The notes below the pieces were generated by a model. It made no database searches. It was not told where the DNA came from and was given only the letters and a program-made list of their open reading frames with translations. 64,000 nt of DNA from a virus (taxonomy: Duplodnaviria; Heunggongvirae; Uroviricota; Caudoviricetes): positions 42,906-106,905 of IMG/VR virus record IMGVR_UViG_3300042558_002764. One strand, 5' to 3'. The translations under genes and the position numbers were made by a program. This document shows positions 35,713 to 45,510 of the stretch, piece by piece (position 1 is the first letter of the stretch; the number at the start of each line of letters is the position of its first letter).

Positions 35713-35743
35713 TTTATTCTTAGTTATTTTTTTGGTATAATTG
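35713..35743 (+). promoter_or_regulatory. Early-type promoter TTTA-N19-TATAATTG
   Basis: Same architecture recurs at 37897-37927; also readable as sigma70-like TTTAyT-N17-TATAAT. Confidence 0.45.
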
Positions 35744-35747
35744 TTTT

Positions 35748-36314
35748 ATGAACATCATTAAAATTACAACAGACGATATAGATTTGGTTAAACCATATAT
35801 GAACGATATCATGTCTTTTGATAATGGTTTGATTGAGATAATTGTTGGTTGGGATTTAGCTAAATCTAAGGGTGCTTCTATTTTAAATCATATAATTAAT
35901 GATACTACTTACTGGACTTTTTCACCTAGAGAAAAGAGAAAAATTTTTGAAGAACATTTAAAAACTTTTTTAGAAGATTCACTAGAAAATATGACTAGTA
36001 AAATCAAAATAAATAATTTAAATCCATTAGATTTTAATACGGAAAAGGATTATTTAAATTATGTAAAAGAGAACGTTGCGGGATGTGACGGATATTTATA
36101 TTCGAATAGACTTTATATTTATTGTGGTAAAACAATTCATCACATAGATATGGGTCTTTTGTCTTTTATTTCTTGGGATTTAAAGGATAAAATTACAGAA
36201 TTAATAACATTAAAAAAATACGAAGAATTACCTAAAAATTTAGGTAAAATCGATATAAAATATATCCCGTACTTAAATGCAAAAGAAGATATTATTAGTC
36301 GCGACATTTATTAA
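35748..36314 (+). CDS. Hypothetical protein
   Basis: 188-aa ORF with genome-typical codon usage. Confidence 0.75.
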   Translation: MNIIKITTDDIDLVKPYMNDIMSFDNGLIEIIVGWDLAKSKGASILNHIINDTTYWTFSPREKRKIFEEHLKTFLEDSLENMTSKIKINNLNPLDFNTEKDYLNYVKENVAGCDGYLYSNRLYIYCGKTIHHIDMGLLSFISWDLKDKITELITLKKYEELPKNLGKIDIKYIPYLNAKEDIISRDIY

Positions 36315-36681
36315 TTCGTCATCTCTAGATAAATTCCTATATAAAATATACAAATCCTTTGGTGTTAAAAAAAATTCAGTTTTTGTTTTTGAAACAGACA
36401 CAGAAGATTTATTATTAACTTATAAAATATTTTTAGAATTCGACCAAAAAATAGACATTAGAAAAGAATTACCTAAGACAATACAAATACATAAAAAAGG
36501 TACAACATTTTTTACCATAAATGCTCTAAATAAATTAATCGAAAAAGAATTCAACCTAAATTCCGGCAATGTAAACTATTCTGAATATAATTTAGAATGG
36601 TCAAAATACGAAAACTCTATTATTTTAATTAAAAATAATGAATTAGATATTTTACAACTAAAGAAGAAGATTACTGAATAA
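36277..36681 (+). CDS. Hypothetical protein
   Basis: 134-aa ORF overlapping the previous gene by 38 nt. Confidence 0.7.
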   Translation: MQKKILLVATFINSSSLDKFLYKIYKSFGVKKNSVFVFETDTEDLLLTYKIFLEFDQKIDIRKELPKTIQIHKKGTTFFTINALNKLIEKEFNLNSGNVNYSEYNLEWSKYENSIILIKNNELDILQLKKKITE

Positions 36682-36707
36682 GAGCATATTTATAAGAAAA
36701 AAGGGTT

Positions 36708-36896
36708 ATGGAAGATAATAGAAAAAAAGAAAAACAACTTCAGGATAAACTGAATAACTTCCTAAAGAATAATGATAATGATTGTGACGGTGAGGAATGT
36801 TTAATTAAAGACCCACAAGAAATAGTTCAAAGAGAACAGAAAAAAATTATCACTAATGATGGAAGACAATTACTTAGTGAATATACAAGATATTAA
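36708..36896 (+). CDS. Small hypothetical protein
   Basis: 62 aa, preceded by ATATTTATA (36686-36694). Confidence 0.7.
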   Translation: MEDNRKKEKQLQDKLNNFLKNNDNDCDGEECLIKDPQEIVQREQKKIITNDGRQLLSEYTRY

Positions 36897-36899
36897 GAA

Positions 36900-37844
36900 A
36901 TGGCAAAAACTAAAATCAACGAAGACTTAGAAAGGTTTAAAAAACTTTTTGGTTACAACCCGTCTAAGGGTAACGAATTAAATGAAGTTAGAAGACACAC
37001 ATATTCTATAAATGAATATGGTGATTATGCTGATGACGATGAAGAAGGTACTGATACTGAAGAAGATGCTGGTACTGAAGAAGAAAACACTGATTTTGAT
37101 TTTGGTGATGAAGGCAATCCTGAAGATACCGAAGGGACTGATGATTTTGGTACGGAAGAACCAACTGAAGAACCTGAAGAAGAAACTGATGAGTTTGGTA
37201 CCGCAGATGAATTTAGTGCTGTTGATGAATTAGAAGATGAAGATTCTGATGTTGAAGAAGTAGATGTTACAGACATCATCAAAAAATCTGACGAAGCAAC
37301 AGAATTTGCTAGACAAGCTTTAACTGTTGGACAAGAGAATGGTCAGTTCTTACAATCTTTAACTGATAAACTATCTAATCTTGAGTCACAAATAATGAAG
37401 ATGGACACAATAGCTTCTAAAATTTCTAAATTGGAACAAGATATTAAAACTCCTGAAGAAAAGTTAGAACTTCGTTCATTAGATAGTTATCCATTTAATT
37501 TGAAACTTACTGACTATTGGTCAGAAAAGGCGGCACAAAATAAACATTATGATATTTCTGGTGGTGAATCAAATGTTAATGGTAAAGAAGTTGAATATAA
37601 ATTAACACCAGAAGATATTGACGATTTTGATGATGTGAATGTTAAAAATTCTTTTGTACCTGAATCTTACAATCGAAAAAAAAGAGTTTTAAAAGAAGGT
37701 GAAGAAGAACAAAATATTGCTAAAAGTAAAATTGAATCAATTTTCAGGAATTTATCAAAAGAAGATAAAGAAGAAGTTATAAAATCACTGTCTCGTAAAG
37801 AAATTACTAGAGATGAGGTTTTGAAAAATTTTAAAAAAAAGTAA
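36900..37844 (+). CDS. Highly acidic hypothetical protein with coiled-coil
   Basis: D/E-rich tract at about 37025-37270, then LTDKLSNLESQIMKMDTIASKISKLEQ coiled-coil. Confidence 0.8.
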   Translation: MAKTKINEDLERFKKLFGYNPSKGNELNEVRRHTYSINEYGDYADDDEEGTDTEEDAGTEEENTDFDFGDEGNPEDTEGTDDFGTEEPTEEPEEETDEFGTADEFSAVDELEDEDSDVEEVDVTDIIKKSDEATEFARQALTVGQENGQFLQSLTDKLSNLESQIMKMDTIASKISKLEQDIKTPEEKLELRSLDSYPFNLKLTDYWSEKAAQNKHYDISGGESNVNGKEVEYKLTPEDIDDFDDVNVKNSFVPESYNRKKRVLKEGEEEQNIAKSKIESIFRNLSKEDKEEVIKSLSRKEITRDEVLKNFKKK

Positions 37845-37868
37845 TAAAATAAAAAAAAGTAATAAAAT
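37833..37868 (+). repeat. Perfect 18-nt tandem duplication AAAAAAAAGTAATAAAAT x2
   Basis: 37833-37850 equals 37851-37868; spans the stop codon. Confidence 0.85.
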
Positions 37869-37896
37869 AAAAGAGGTTTAAAAGACCTCTTTTTTG
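37869..37896 (+). terminator. Rho-independent terminator
   Basis: AAAAGAGGT/ACCTCTTTT stem followed by Ts. Confidence 0.75.
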
Positions 37897-37927
37897 TTTA
37901 CTAATGGTAATGTTTTACCTATAATTA
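37897..37927 (+). promoter_or_regulatory. Early-type promoter for the replication block (GTTTACT-N17-TATAAT)
   Basis: Directly after the terminator and 41 nt before the SSB start. Confidence 0.55.
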
Positions 37928-37968
37928 ACACATAACATAATTTATTAATTAACTAAAAAAAAAGTAAC

Positions 37969-38853
37969 ATGGGTGTACTAGACGCAATTGCGAAACAGTA
38001 TGAAAAAAACAAAACTGGAAACAGTGGAGGGAGTACTTCATACGAACAAGACTTCAGTAAATATTTTGCTGTTAGACTTGAAGACGGACATGATAGTGGA
38101 GAGTCTACTATCAGAATTATGCCACCTAAGAATGGTGTTCATCCCGTTAATAAAGACGGTGATACTCCTTTTGATGAAGGGCATTGGCACAGTGTTAAAG
38201 TCGGTGGTAAGTGGAGAAAAATCTACTGTAGAAAACACAACGACGGAGAACAATGTCCACTTTGTGATGTTTCTGATGATTTGTTTAAATCATGGAAAGA
38301 AACTGGTAACAAAACAGACAAAGAGTTGGCAACTCAGTATTCAGCTAAAAAATTCTATTTAGCTAGAATCATTGATAGAGCTAACGAAAAAGATGGGATT
38401 AAATTTTGGAGATTCCCACACAACTACAAAGGTGAAGGTGCCTTAGATAAAATCATCCCTCTTTTCACTAAGAAAGGTGATATTACTGACCCTAGAGAAG
38501 GTAGAGATTTAACTATTATTATCGGTAAAGATAATAAAGGTTATGCTAAGATTACTTCTATTATGTCAGAGGACCCATCAGTATTGACTGACCCCAAATC
38601 TCCAAACGCTAAAGAATGGATGGGTGATACATTGACATGGAAAGAGATTTATAAAGCTCAACCATTGGATTATGTACAACTTATTGCAGATGGTGAAACA
38701 CCTATGTGGGATAAAAATCTTGAGAAGTTTATCGCTAAAGGTGATGACAGTGAAACTGAATCTTCTTTCAAGACACAACCATCAGCACCAGTACAAAAAG
38801 CAAAAACATCATCAGCTAAAGATGATGATTACGATGAAGAAGAACCGTTTTAA
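37969..38853 (+). CDS. Single-stranded DNA-binding protein (T4 gp32-like)
   Basis: TIRIMPP, HWHSVK, YCRKHNDGEQCPLC Zn site, DITDPREGRDL, acidic tail DDDYDEEEPF. Confidence 0.85.
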   Translation: MGVLDAIAKQYEKNKTGNSGGSTSYEQDFSKYFAVRLEDGHDSGESTIRIMPPKNGVHPVNKDGDTPFDEGHWHSVKVGGKWRKIYCRKHNDGEQCPLCDVSDDLFKSWKETGNKTDKELATQYSAKKFYLARIIDRANEKDGIKFWRFPHNYKGEGALDKIIPLFTKKGDITDPREGRDLTIIIGKDNKGYAKITSIMSEDPSVLTDPKSPNAKEWMGDTLTWKEIYKAQPLDYVQLIADGETPMWDKNLEKFIAKGDDSETESSFKTQPSAPVQKAKTSSAKDDDYDEEEPF

Positions 38854-38863
38854 TTAAATTTAC

Positions 38864-39922
38864 ATGGCTAAGAAAACAATATCAAAAAAAGAGTTTTCTT
38901 TGGATTCTATTTCAGATAGATTCTCATCGAAAACCAAATATAAACCCGATACTTTTATCGATTTAGGTAAAGTGTTCCAACAAGCGACAGGAGTTCCTGG
39001 TCCCGCTATTGGACACTTAAATGTATTCTTAGGACATTCTGATACAGGTAAGACCACGGCACTCATTAAGAGTGCCATTTGGTGTCAGAAGAACGGAATT
39101 TTACCAATCTTTATTATCACTGAAAAGAAATGGAGTTTTAAACACGCCCAATTGATGGGGTTTGATTGTACTGAGACTGCACCAGGTGATTGGGGTGGGT
39201 TCTTTATTTTTAAAGATGACTTTGAATATATCGAACAAATTACTGATTACATGAATGAAATTCTTGAAGCTCAAGCTAAAGAGAAATGGGAAAAAGATGG
39301 TAAACCATTAGACATTTGTTTCTTTTGGGATTCAGTTGGTTCTATTCCATGTAAGATGACTTTTGACGGTAAGGGTGGTAAGATGCATAACGCTTCAGTA
39401 TTAGCTGATAAAATCGGTATGGGTCTTAATGGTAGAATTACGGGTTCTAGAAAAGAAACTAGTATGCATACTAACACTTTAGTCATTGTTAACCAGCCTT
39501 GGGTAGAGTTACCTGATTCACCAATGGGTCAACCAAGAATTAAAATGAAAGGTGGTGAAGCTATTTATCTTAACAGTACTCTAATTTTCTTGTTCGGTAG
39601 TCAAAAAAATGCTGGAACAAACAAATTGAAAGCTACTAAAAACGGTAGAAGTATTAATTACGGAACTCGTTCCAAAATTTCAATCCTTAAAAATCACGTT
39701 AATGGAATTGGGTATCAGGATGGTAAAGTAATTGTAACACCTCATGATTTTATTGAGGATACTAAAGAGGCAGAAAAAGACTACAAAGATGAACACGCTG
39801 ATTATTGGATTAGCATGTTTATTAAAAGTGGACTTGGAGAAGTTGATGAAAACGATTTGGATTTTGCTATTGAAGAATCTGAAAACGATTTTGAAAACGA
39901 AGAAATTGACGGACTTATTTAA
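38864..39922 (+). CDS. uvsX: RecA/UvsX-like recombinase
   Basis: Walker A GHSDTGKTT, Walker B FFWDSVG, VIVNQPW, MKGGEA. Confidence 0.85.
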   Translation: MAKKTISKKEFSLDSISDRFSSKTKYKPDTFIDLGKVFQQATGVPGPAIGHLNVFLGHSDTGKTTALIKSAIWCQKNGILPIFIITEKKWSFKHAQLMGFDCTETAPGDWGGFFIFKDDFEYIEQITDYMNEILEAQAKEKWEKDGKPLDICFFWDSVGSIPCKMTFDGKGGKMHNASVLADKIGMGLNGRITGSRKETSMHTNTLVIVNQPWVELPDSPMGQPRIKMKGGEAIYLNSTLIFLFGSQKNAGTNKLKATKNGRSINYGTRSKISILKNHVNGIGYQDGKVIVTPHDFIEDTKEAEKDYKDEHADYWISMFIKSGLGEVDENDLDFAIEESENDFENEEIDGLI

Positions 39923-39934
39923 AGAATACCAAAG

Positions 39935-40183
39935 ATGAAAATTAATTATAATGTATTGAAAGTACTTAACGAACAAGCTTTGACATCATCAGGTGACCAA
40001 ATGACTTGTTTTTGGACAATCCAAAGTGGAGTTGAAAAATTACTACATGGGGAAACAATTACTGATATGCAAAAAAAATTATTATTTGAGGTAGGTGTTC
40101 TTGAAGAATCCGAAGATGAATTAAATAGAAGAAATATTGTAGGACCTTTTAAATTCTCGGAAGATGGGTCTACGAACTCCTAA
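39935..40183 (+). CDS. Hypothetical protein
   Basis: 82-aa ORF inside the replication operon. Confidence 0.65.
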   Translation: MKINYNVLKVLNEQALTSSGDQMTCFWTIQSGVEKLLHGETITDMQKKLLFEVGVLEESEDELNRRNIVGPFKFSEDGSTNS

Positions 40184-41192
40184 GAGTAAACCTAAAAAAA
40201 CAAAAACACTAATTGTCGATGGTAACGTTCTTATGAAACGTTCTTATAACGGAGCTAAGAACGTTTACCATAAAGACAAACACATTGGTGGTATATCTGC
40301 TTTTTATAGTACTTTACGAAAATTAATCTCTGAACATAAGATTGATAAAGCTGTAATCACTTGGGACGGTGAAAGAGGTGGTACTTTGCGTTTAGATTAT
40401 TATCCTGAATACAAAGAAAACAGACCTAGATTTTTTGACCAAGATTACGAAATCCAAAAACTCAGAGTTAAACAATACGCTGAGGACCTTTTCATTAGAC
40501 AATATGAACATCCCGATGTTGAATCAGATGATTTAATAGCTTTCTATTGCCAAAACAGAAAGAAGATGGAGGAGGTTATGATTTACACTAATGATAGAGA
40601 CCTTTGCCAATTGATTAATGAAAACGTTACAATATTCTTAGCAGATAAAAGAATGGAGGTTGGTATAGGTAATTACCAATGGTTCTTTGAACACCATTAT
40701 TCAAATGCTGGGTTAATAAAGATGATTGAGGGATGTAAAAGTGATAACGTTAAGGGTATTGATGGTGTAACTGAAAATACACTCTTAACACACTTCCCAC
40801 AACTAAAAGAACGTAACGTAACATTAGAAGAAATATTCGAATCAAGTAAACTTATACAAGAAGAAAGAACGACACCACTAAAAGCATTAGATAACATCTT
40901 AAACGGTGTATCTAGAGGAGTCCATAAAGGACCATTCTATGAAATAAATAAAAAAATAATTGATTTAAATAACCCTTTATTACCTGAAGAGGCTAGAGAA
41001 TCAATTAGAAATTTAGTAGAATTACCATTAGACCCCGAAGGTAGAGATTACAAAAACGTTTTAAAAATGATGATAGAAGACGGAGTAATGTATGTAATAC
41101 CTGGAGGTGAAAACGGTTACCTAAATTTCATGGAACCATTTATTAATTTATTAAAAAAAGAAAAGTTAAACTTTAAAAACCAAAAAAAATGA
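40164..41192 (+). CDS. 5'-3' exonuclease/flap endonuclease (T4 RNase H-like)
   Basis: LIVDGN, WDG, YKENR, ESDDLI, NDRDLCQL, SDNVKGIDGV. Confidence 0.9.
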   Translation: MGLRTPKSKPKKTKTLIVDGNVLMKRSYNGAKNVYHKDKHIGGISAFYSTLRKLISEHKIDKAVITWDGERGGTLRLDYYPEYKENRPRFFDQDYEIQKLRVKQYAEDLFIRQYEHPDVESDDLIAFYCQNRKKMEEVMIYTNDRDLCQLINENVTIFLADKRMEVGIGNYQWFFEHHYSNAGLIKMIEGCKSDNVKGIDGVTENTLLTHFPQLKERNVTLEEIFESSKLIQEERTTPLKALDNILNGVSRGVHKGPFYEINKKIIDLNNPLLPEEARESIRNLVELPLDPEGRDYKNVLKMMIEDGVMYVIPGGENGYLNFMEPFINLLKKEKLNFKNQKK

Positions 41193-41626
41193 AAAAATTT
41201 GAATTTGTATTGTACATTAATGGGAACATTATCTGTCAAAGATTTTTCGCAATCAAAAATTTTAATAACAAAATTTTAAATTCTTTAGAATTAACTGATT
41301 GTGTAAATGATTGTGTAAAACTTATTGAGGACGACCTCAAAGAAAAAACCTATGAATACTTGTACAAAAATTACAACCCTTACAAAGAACAAACCAAAGA
41401 AGAAATCCTAGTTGAAAACATTTATGATAATGAAGACATTTTTGATTTTGAAATTAAGATTGATGAGAAATGTGTGGTTAAAAAGAGGTTCTCTGGTAAC
41501 GTTTATCCACAACGTGTAAGATACTCTGTGGATGTTCGTAAAATTATTCCTGCCTTAATCAAAGAAATACAAGAAGTATTTTCTTTAGAAAATTTTAGTG
41601 TGGAATATAGTGGAATTGCACTGTAA
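41189..41626 (+). CDS. Hypothetical protein
   Basis: 145 aa, ATGA-type overlap with the exonuclease gene. Confidence 0.75.
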   Translation: MKKFEFVLYINGNIICQRFFAIKNFNNKILNSLELTDCVNDCVKLIEDDLKEKTYEYLYKNYNPYKEQTKEEILVENIYDNEDIFDFEIKIDEKCVVKKRFSGNVYPQRVRYSVDVRKIIPALIKEIQEVFSLENFSVEYSGIAL

Positions 41627-41646
41627 ATATATACTTATTATTATAA

Positions 41647-43062
41647 ATGTTGGGTATGAGTAAAGAAGTTACATTAGGTTATTTAGGATATAAGTTTCAA
41701 ACAGAGTTTATTAATCAAATTCTACATCCAGCAAATAAAAAATTCTCAGATAGAATTATCGATATTGTTCACGCGAAATATTTTGATAATGAGTATTTCA
41801 GGTTGATTATTGCCACAATAAAAGATTATTTTGAAAGATTTGAAAAAGTTCCTGCTTGGGATACATTAGAAACTATTCTAAAAGTAGAAATTAAGGATAA
41901 GATAACCCAAGATTATGTGTTTGAAATCACAAAAGAAATAAGAAATCTAGGTGTTGAGGATTGGGAATTTGTTCAGGATAAAGCCTTAAATTTCTGTAGA
42001 CAACAAGAACTTAAAAAAGCCAACGATAAGATATCAAAAATTATTGATGACGGTGATTTTGATAAGTATGAAGAGTGTGCAGATATAATGAAAGAAGCTC
42101 TTTCCATCGGAGCTGAAAAAGATGATGGGACATCAATTACCGAAGGTTGGGATACAGTGTTACAAGAGGATTTTAGACATCCAGTTCCTACGGGAATAAG
42201 TGGTATCGACGAATTAACTGACGGTGGTTTATCACGGGGAGAATTAGGGGTTATTCTAGCACCTTATGGTGTTGGTAAAACAACAATTCTAACCAAAATA
42301 GCAAATACCGCATATAATGTGGGGTATAATGTTTTACAAATTGTTTTTGAAGACATACCTGATGTTATCAAAAGAAAACATGCCGCTTGTTGGAGTGGGA
42401 TAGAACTTAACTCTCTATCTGACGAAGAAGAAAGAGTCATGGAAGTAATTAAAGAAAGAACAAATGGTAAAGAAAACGATTTAGTTATTCGAAAGTTTTC
42501 GTCTGAAGGAGTTACGGTTAATCACCTTAAAACCTACGTAAGACATTTAATTTCAGTTGGGTTTAAACCTGACATGATTGTATTAGATTACATTGACTGT
42601 GTTGAATCGGCAAGAAGATATAACGATGAATGGTCAGGTGAGGGTAACGTCATGAGAGGTTTTGAATCCATGTTAGCTGAATATGGTATGGTGGGATGGA
42701 CAGCGGTTCAAGGTAACAGGGCGTCAATCTCAGCTGATGTAGTAACAGGGGACCAAATGGGTGGGTCAATTAAAAAGGCTCAGATTGGTCACTTTATAAT
42801 GTCTATCGCAAGAACTCTAACACAAAAAGAAAACAATAGAGCAACGATAGCGGTTTTAAAATCTAGATTCGGTAAAGATGGTGTTATCTTTGAGGATTGT
42901 ACGTTTGATAATGGTCGAGTATTCATTGATACAGAAACTTCAGACACTTTCTTAGGTTATGAGAGAAAGGTTGAGGAAAGAAAAGATGAGAATGTTCGTG
43001 AAAGATTGAAGATGGCAAAACTCAGAAAAAAACAAAAAGATACTGAAGAAAGTATTAATTAA
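41647..43062 (+). CDS. Replicative DNA helicase (DnaB/T4 gp41-like)
   Basis: VPTGISGIDELTDGGLSRGELGVI, Walker A APYGVGKTT, IVLDYID, WTAVQGNR, LKSRFG. Confidence 0.92.
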   Translation: MLGMSKEVTLGYLGYKFQTEFINQILHPANKKFSDRIIDIVHAKYFDNEYFRLIIATIKDYFERFEKVPAWDTLETILKVEIKDKITQDYVFEITKEIRNLGVEDWEFVQDKALNFCRQQELKKANDKISKIIDDGDFDKYEECADIMKEALSIGAEKDDGTSITEGWDTVLQEDFRHPVPTGISGIDELTDGGLSRGELGVILAPYGVGKTTILTKIANTAYNVGYNVLQIVFEDIPDVIKRKHAACWSGIELNSLSDEEERVMEVIKERTNGKENDLVIRKFSSEGVTVNHLKTYVRHLISVGFKPDMIVLDYIDCVESARRYNDEWSGEGNVMRGFESMLAEYGMVGWTAVQGNRASISADVVTGDQMGGSIKKAQIGHFIMSIARTLTQKENNRATIAVLKSRFGKDGVIFEDCTFDNGRVFIDTETSDTFLGYERKVEERKDENVRERLKMAKLRKKQKDTEESIN

Positions 43063-43091
43063 TAATTAAAAGTTTATAAAAAATTTAAAAA

Positions 43092-44954
43092 ATGGAATTA
43101 TCAAATCAGATTCTATCAGACATTACTGTCTACATGAAATACGCTAAGTATTTACCAGAAAAACAAAGAAGAGAAACTTGGGAAGAGTTGGTGACAAGAA
43201 ACAAAGAAATGCACCAAAAAAAATATTCTCATTTAAAAGAAGAAATTGAAACCGTTTATAAAATGGTTTATGACCGTAAAGTTTTACCATCCATGCGTTC
43301 ATTACAGTTTGGGGGGAGACCAATTGAAATCTCACCAAACAGAGTTTATAACTGTGCTTTCTTACCGATTGACCACATTGATGCATTTCCAGAAACAATG
43401 TTCTTATTGTTAGGGGGTACAGGTGTAGGTTATTCAGTACAAAAACACCACGTTGATAAGTTACCTGAAATTAGAAAACCAGACCCAAACAGAACTAGAC
43501 GATATGTAGTTAGTGATTCAATTGAAGGATGGGCTGACGCAATCAAAGTTTTGATGAAATCTTATTTTGGGGTTAATTCATCAACACCTATCTTTGATTT
43601 CTCAGACATCAGACCAAAAGGAGCTTTATTGGTTACATCAGGTGGTAAAGCACCAGGTCCACAACCACTTAAAGATTGTGTTCACAATATTAAAAAAGTG
43701 TTGGATGCTAAGGTAGATAGAGAAAAACTAACAACACTAGAAACACATGATATTGTATGTCACATTGCTGACGCAGTATTAGCTGGTGGTATCAGAAGAG
43801 CAGCACTTATCTCATTATTTTCAGCTGACGATGATGAAATGATTTCGTGTAAATCAGGACCTTGGTGGGAACTTAATCCACAAAGAGGTAGAGCTAATAA
43901 CTCAGCAGTTCTATTAAGAAACAAAATCACTAAAGAATTCTTTATGGATTTGTGGAAAAGAGTCGAGTTATCTGGAGCTGGTGAACCTGGAATTTATTTT
44001 TCTTACGACAAAGATTGGGGAACTAACCCTTGTTGTGAAATTGCTCTTAGACCTTATCAGTTCTGTAATCTTTGTGAGGTTAACGTATCAAACATTGAAT
44101 CACAAGAAGACTTGAATGAGAGAGTTAAAGCGGCAGCATTTATTGGTACGTTACAAGCTGGTTACACAGATTTTCATTACCTAAGAGATGTATGGAAACG
44201 AACTACCGAGAAAGACGCCTTAATCGGGGTATCAATGACAGGAATTGGTTCAGGTGTTGTATTGGGTTATAATATGACTGAAGCTGCTGAAATGGTTAAC
44301 GCTGAAAATGAAAGAGTAGCTAATTTAATTAATATTAATCCTGCAGCAAGAACAACAACTGTTAAACCAGCTGGTACAACATCATTAACACTTGGAACTT
44401 CTTCAGGTATTCACGCTTGGCATAACGATTATTATGTTAGAAGAGTTAGAGTTGGTAAAAATGAGGCTATTTACACATACCTTTCTATCTACCACCCTGA
44501 ACTAGTTGAGGACGAAGTATTTAGACCACACGATACAGCAGTTATTTCTGTACCACAAAAATCACCACTAGGCTCAATCCTTAGACATGAGTCACCTTTT
44601 GAACTTTTGGAAAGAGTTAAAAAAGTATCACAAGAATGGATTAAACCTGGACATAGAACAGGACAAAATACACATAACGTTTCAGCAACAATTTCATTGA
44701 AGGATGAAGATTGGGATTTGGCAGGTGAATGGATGTGGACTAATCGTAAATTCTATAACGGATTGTCAGTTTTACCTTATAATGGAGGTACCTACCAACA
44801 AGCTCCTTTTGAAGATTGTGATGAGGAAACTTACCATAGAATGATGAAATCTCTATCTAACATAGATTTATCTAAAGTAGTAGAACTTTCTGATAATACT
44901 GACCTTAGTGGTGAGTTGGCTTGTAGTGGTGGAGCAGGATGTGAAGTGAAGTAA
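43092..44954 (+). CDS. nrdJ: Class II (adenosylcobalamin-dependent) ribonucleotide reductase
   Basis: LPSMRSLQFGG, YNCAF, GTNPCCEI, FCNLCEVN, TTVKPAGT, C-terminal CSGGAGC; no intein or intron visible. Confidence 0.92.
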   Translation: MELSNQILSDITVYMKYAKYLPEKQRRETWEELVTRNKEMHQKKYSHLKEEIETVYKMVYDRKVLPSMRSLQFGGRPIEISPNRVYNCAFLPIDHIDAFPETMFLLLGGTGVGYSVQKHHVDKLPEIRKPDPNRTRRYVVSDSIEGWADAIKVLMKSYFGVNSSTPIFDFSDIRPKGALLVTSGGKAPGPQPLKDCVHNIKKVLDAKVDREKLTTLETHDIVCHIADAVLAGGIRRAALISLFSADDDEMISCKSGPWWELNPQRGRANNSAVLLRNKITKEFFMDLWKRVELSGAGEPGIYFSYDKDWGTNPCCEIALRPYQFCNLCEVNVSNIESQEDLNERVKAAAFIGTLQAGYTDFHYLRDVWKRTTEKDALIGVSMTGIGSGVVLGYNMTEAAEMVNAENERVANLININPAARTTTVKPAGTTSLTLGTSSGIHAWHNDYYVRRVRVGKNEAIYTYLSIYHPELVEDEVFRPHDTAVISVPQKSPLGSILRHESPFELLERVKKVSQEWIKPGHRTGQNTHNVSATISLKDEDWDLAGEWMWTNRKFYNGLSVLPYNGGTYQQAPFEDCDEETYHRMMKSLSNIDLSKVVELSDNTDLSGELACSGGAGCEVK

Positions 44955-45000
44955 TATTCATAACTTTATATAACATCATAAAAAGTAATGGTTAAAAATT

Positions 45001-45025
45001 AAACCCCTCACACGAGGGGTTTTTT
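45001..45025 (+). terminator. Rho-independent terminator
   Basis: AAACCCCTC-ACAC-GAGGGGTTTTTT. Confidence 0.85.
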
Positions 45026-45093
45026 ATGCTTAAAATTTACATTTCATATTTATGGTATAAATTGTATAATTGAATATTTATAAATAAAAAGAA

Positions 45094-45498
45094 ATGGCAG
45101 AAAGGTTTATAAACATAGCATTCCCATTTAGGGATGACGATACGAAAAACTATTTTCTTAAAATGAATAAGAATAGTTATGATGCTATTAAATCTGATTT
45201 ATTACATCTTTTATTAACAACACCAGGGGATAGATTATATCTACCCGACTTTGGTACAAATCTAAAACAATTTCTATTTGAACCAAACGACAATCAAGTT
45301 AGAGATGACATTAGGAACGAAGTTCAAAACGCAGTTAGTAAATACATACCAAATTTAACAATAACAACATTAACTGTAGATAGACCCGATAGTAGTGAAT
45401 ACAATGGTAAGGGAGACCATTCCGCGGTAGTAAGGATAGATTATATTGTAACAGAAGGGGCATTAAATAAAGTAGATTTTGTAACTATCACAGTTTAA
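45094..45498 (+). CDS. Baseplate wedge subunit (T4 gp25/gpW-like)
   Basis: IKSDLLHLLLTTPGDRLYLPDFGTNLKQFLFEPND...YIPNL. Confidence 0.9.
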   Translation: MAERFINIAFPFRDDDTKNYFLKMNKNSYDAIKSDLLHLLLTTPGDRLYLPDFGTNLKQFLFEPNDNQVRDDIRNEVQNAVSKYIPNLTITTLTVDRPDSSEYNGKGDHSAVVRIDYIVTEGALNKVDFVTITV

Positions 45499-45510
45499 AT
45501 AAAAAAAAAT

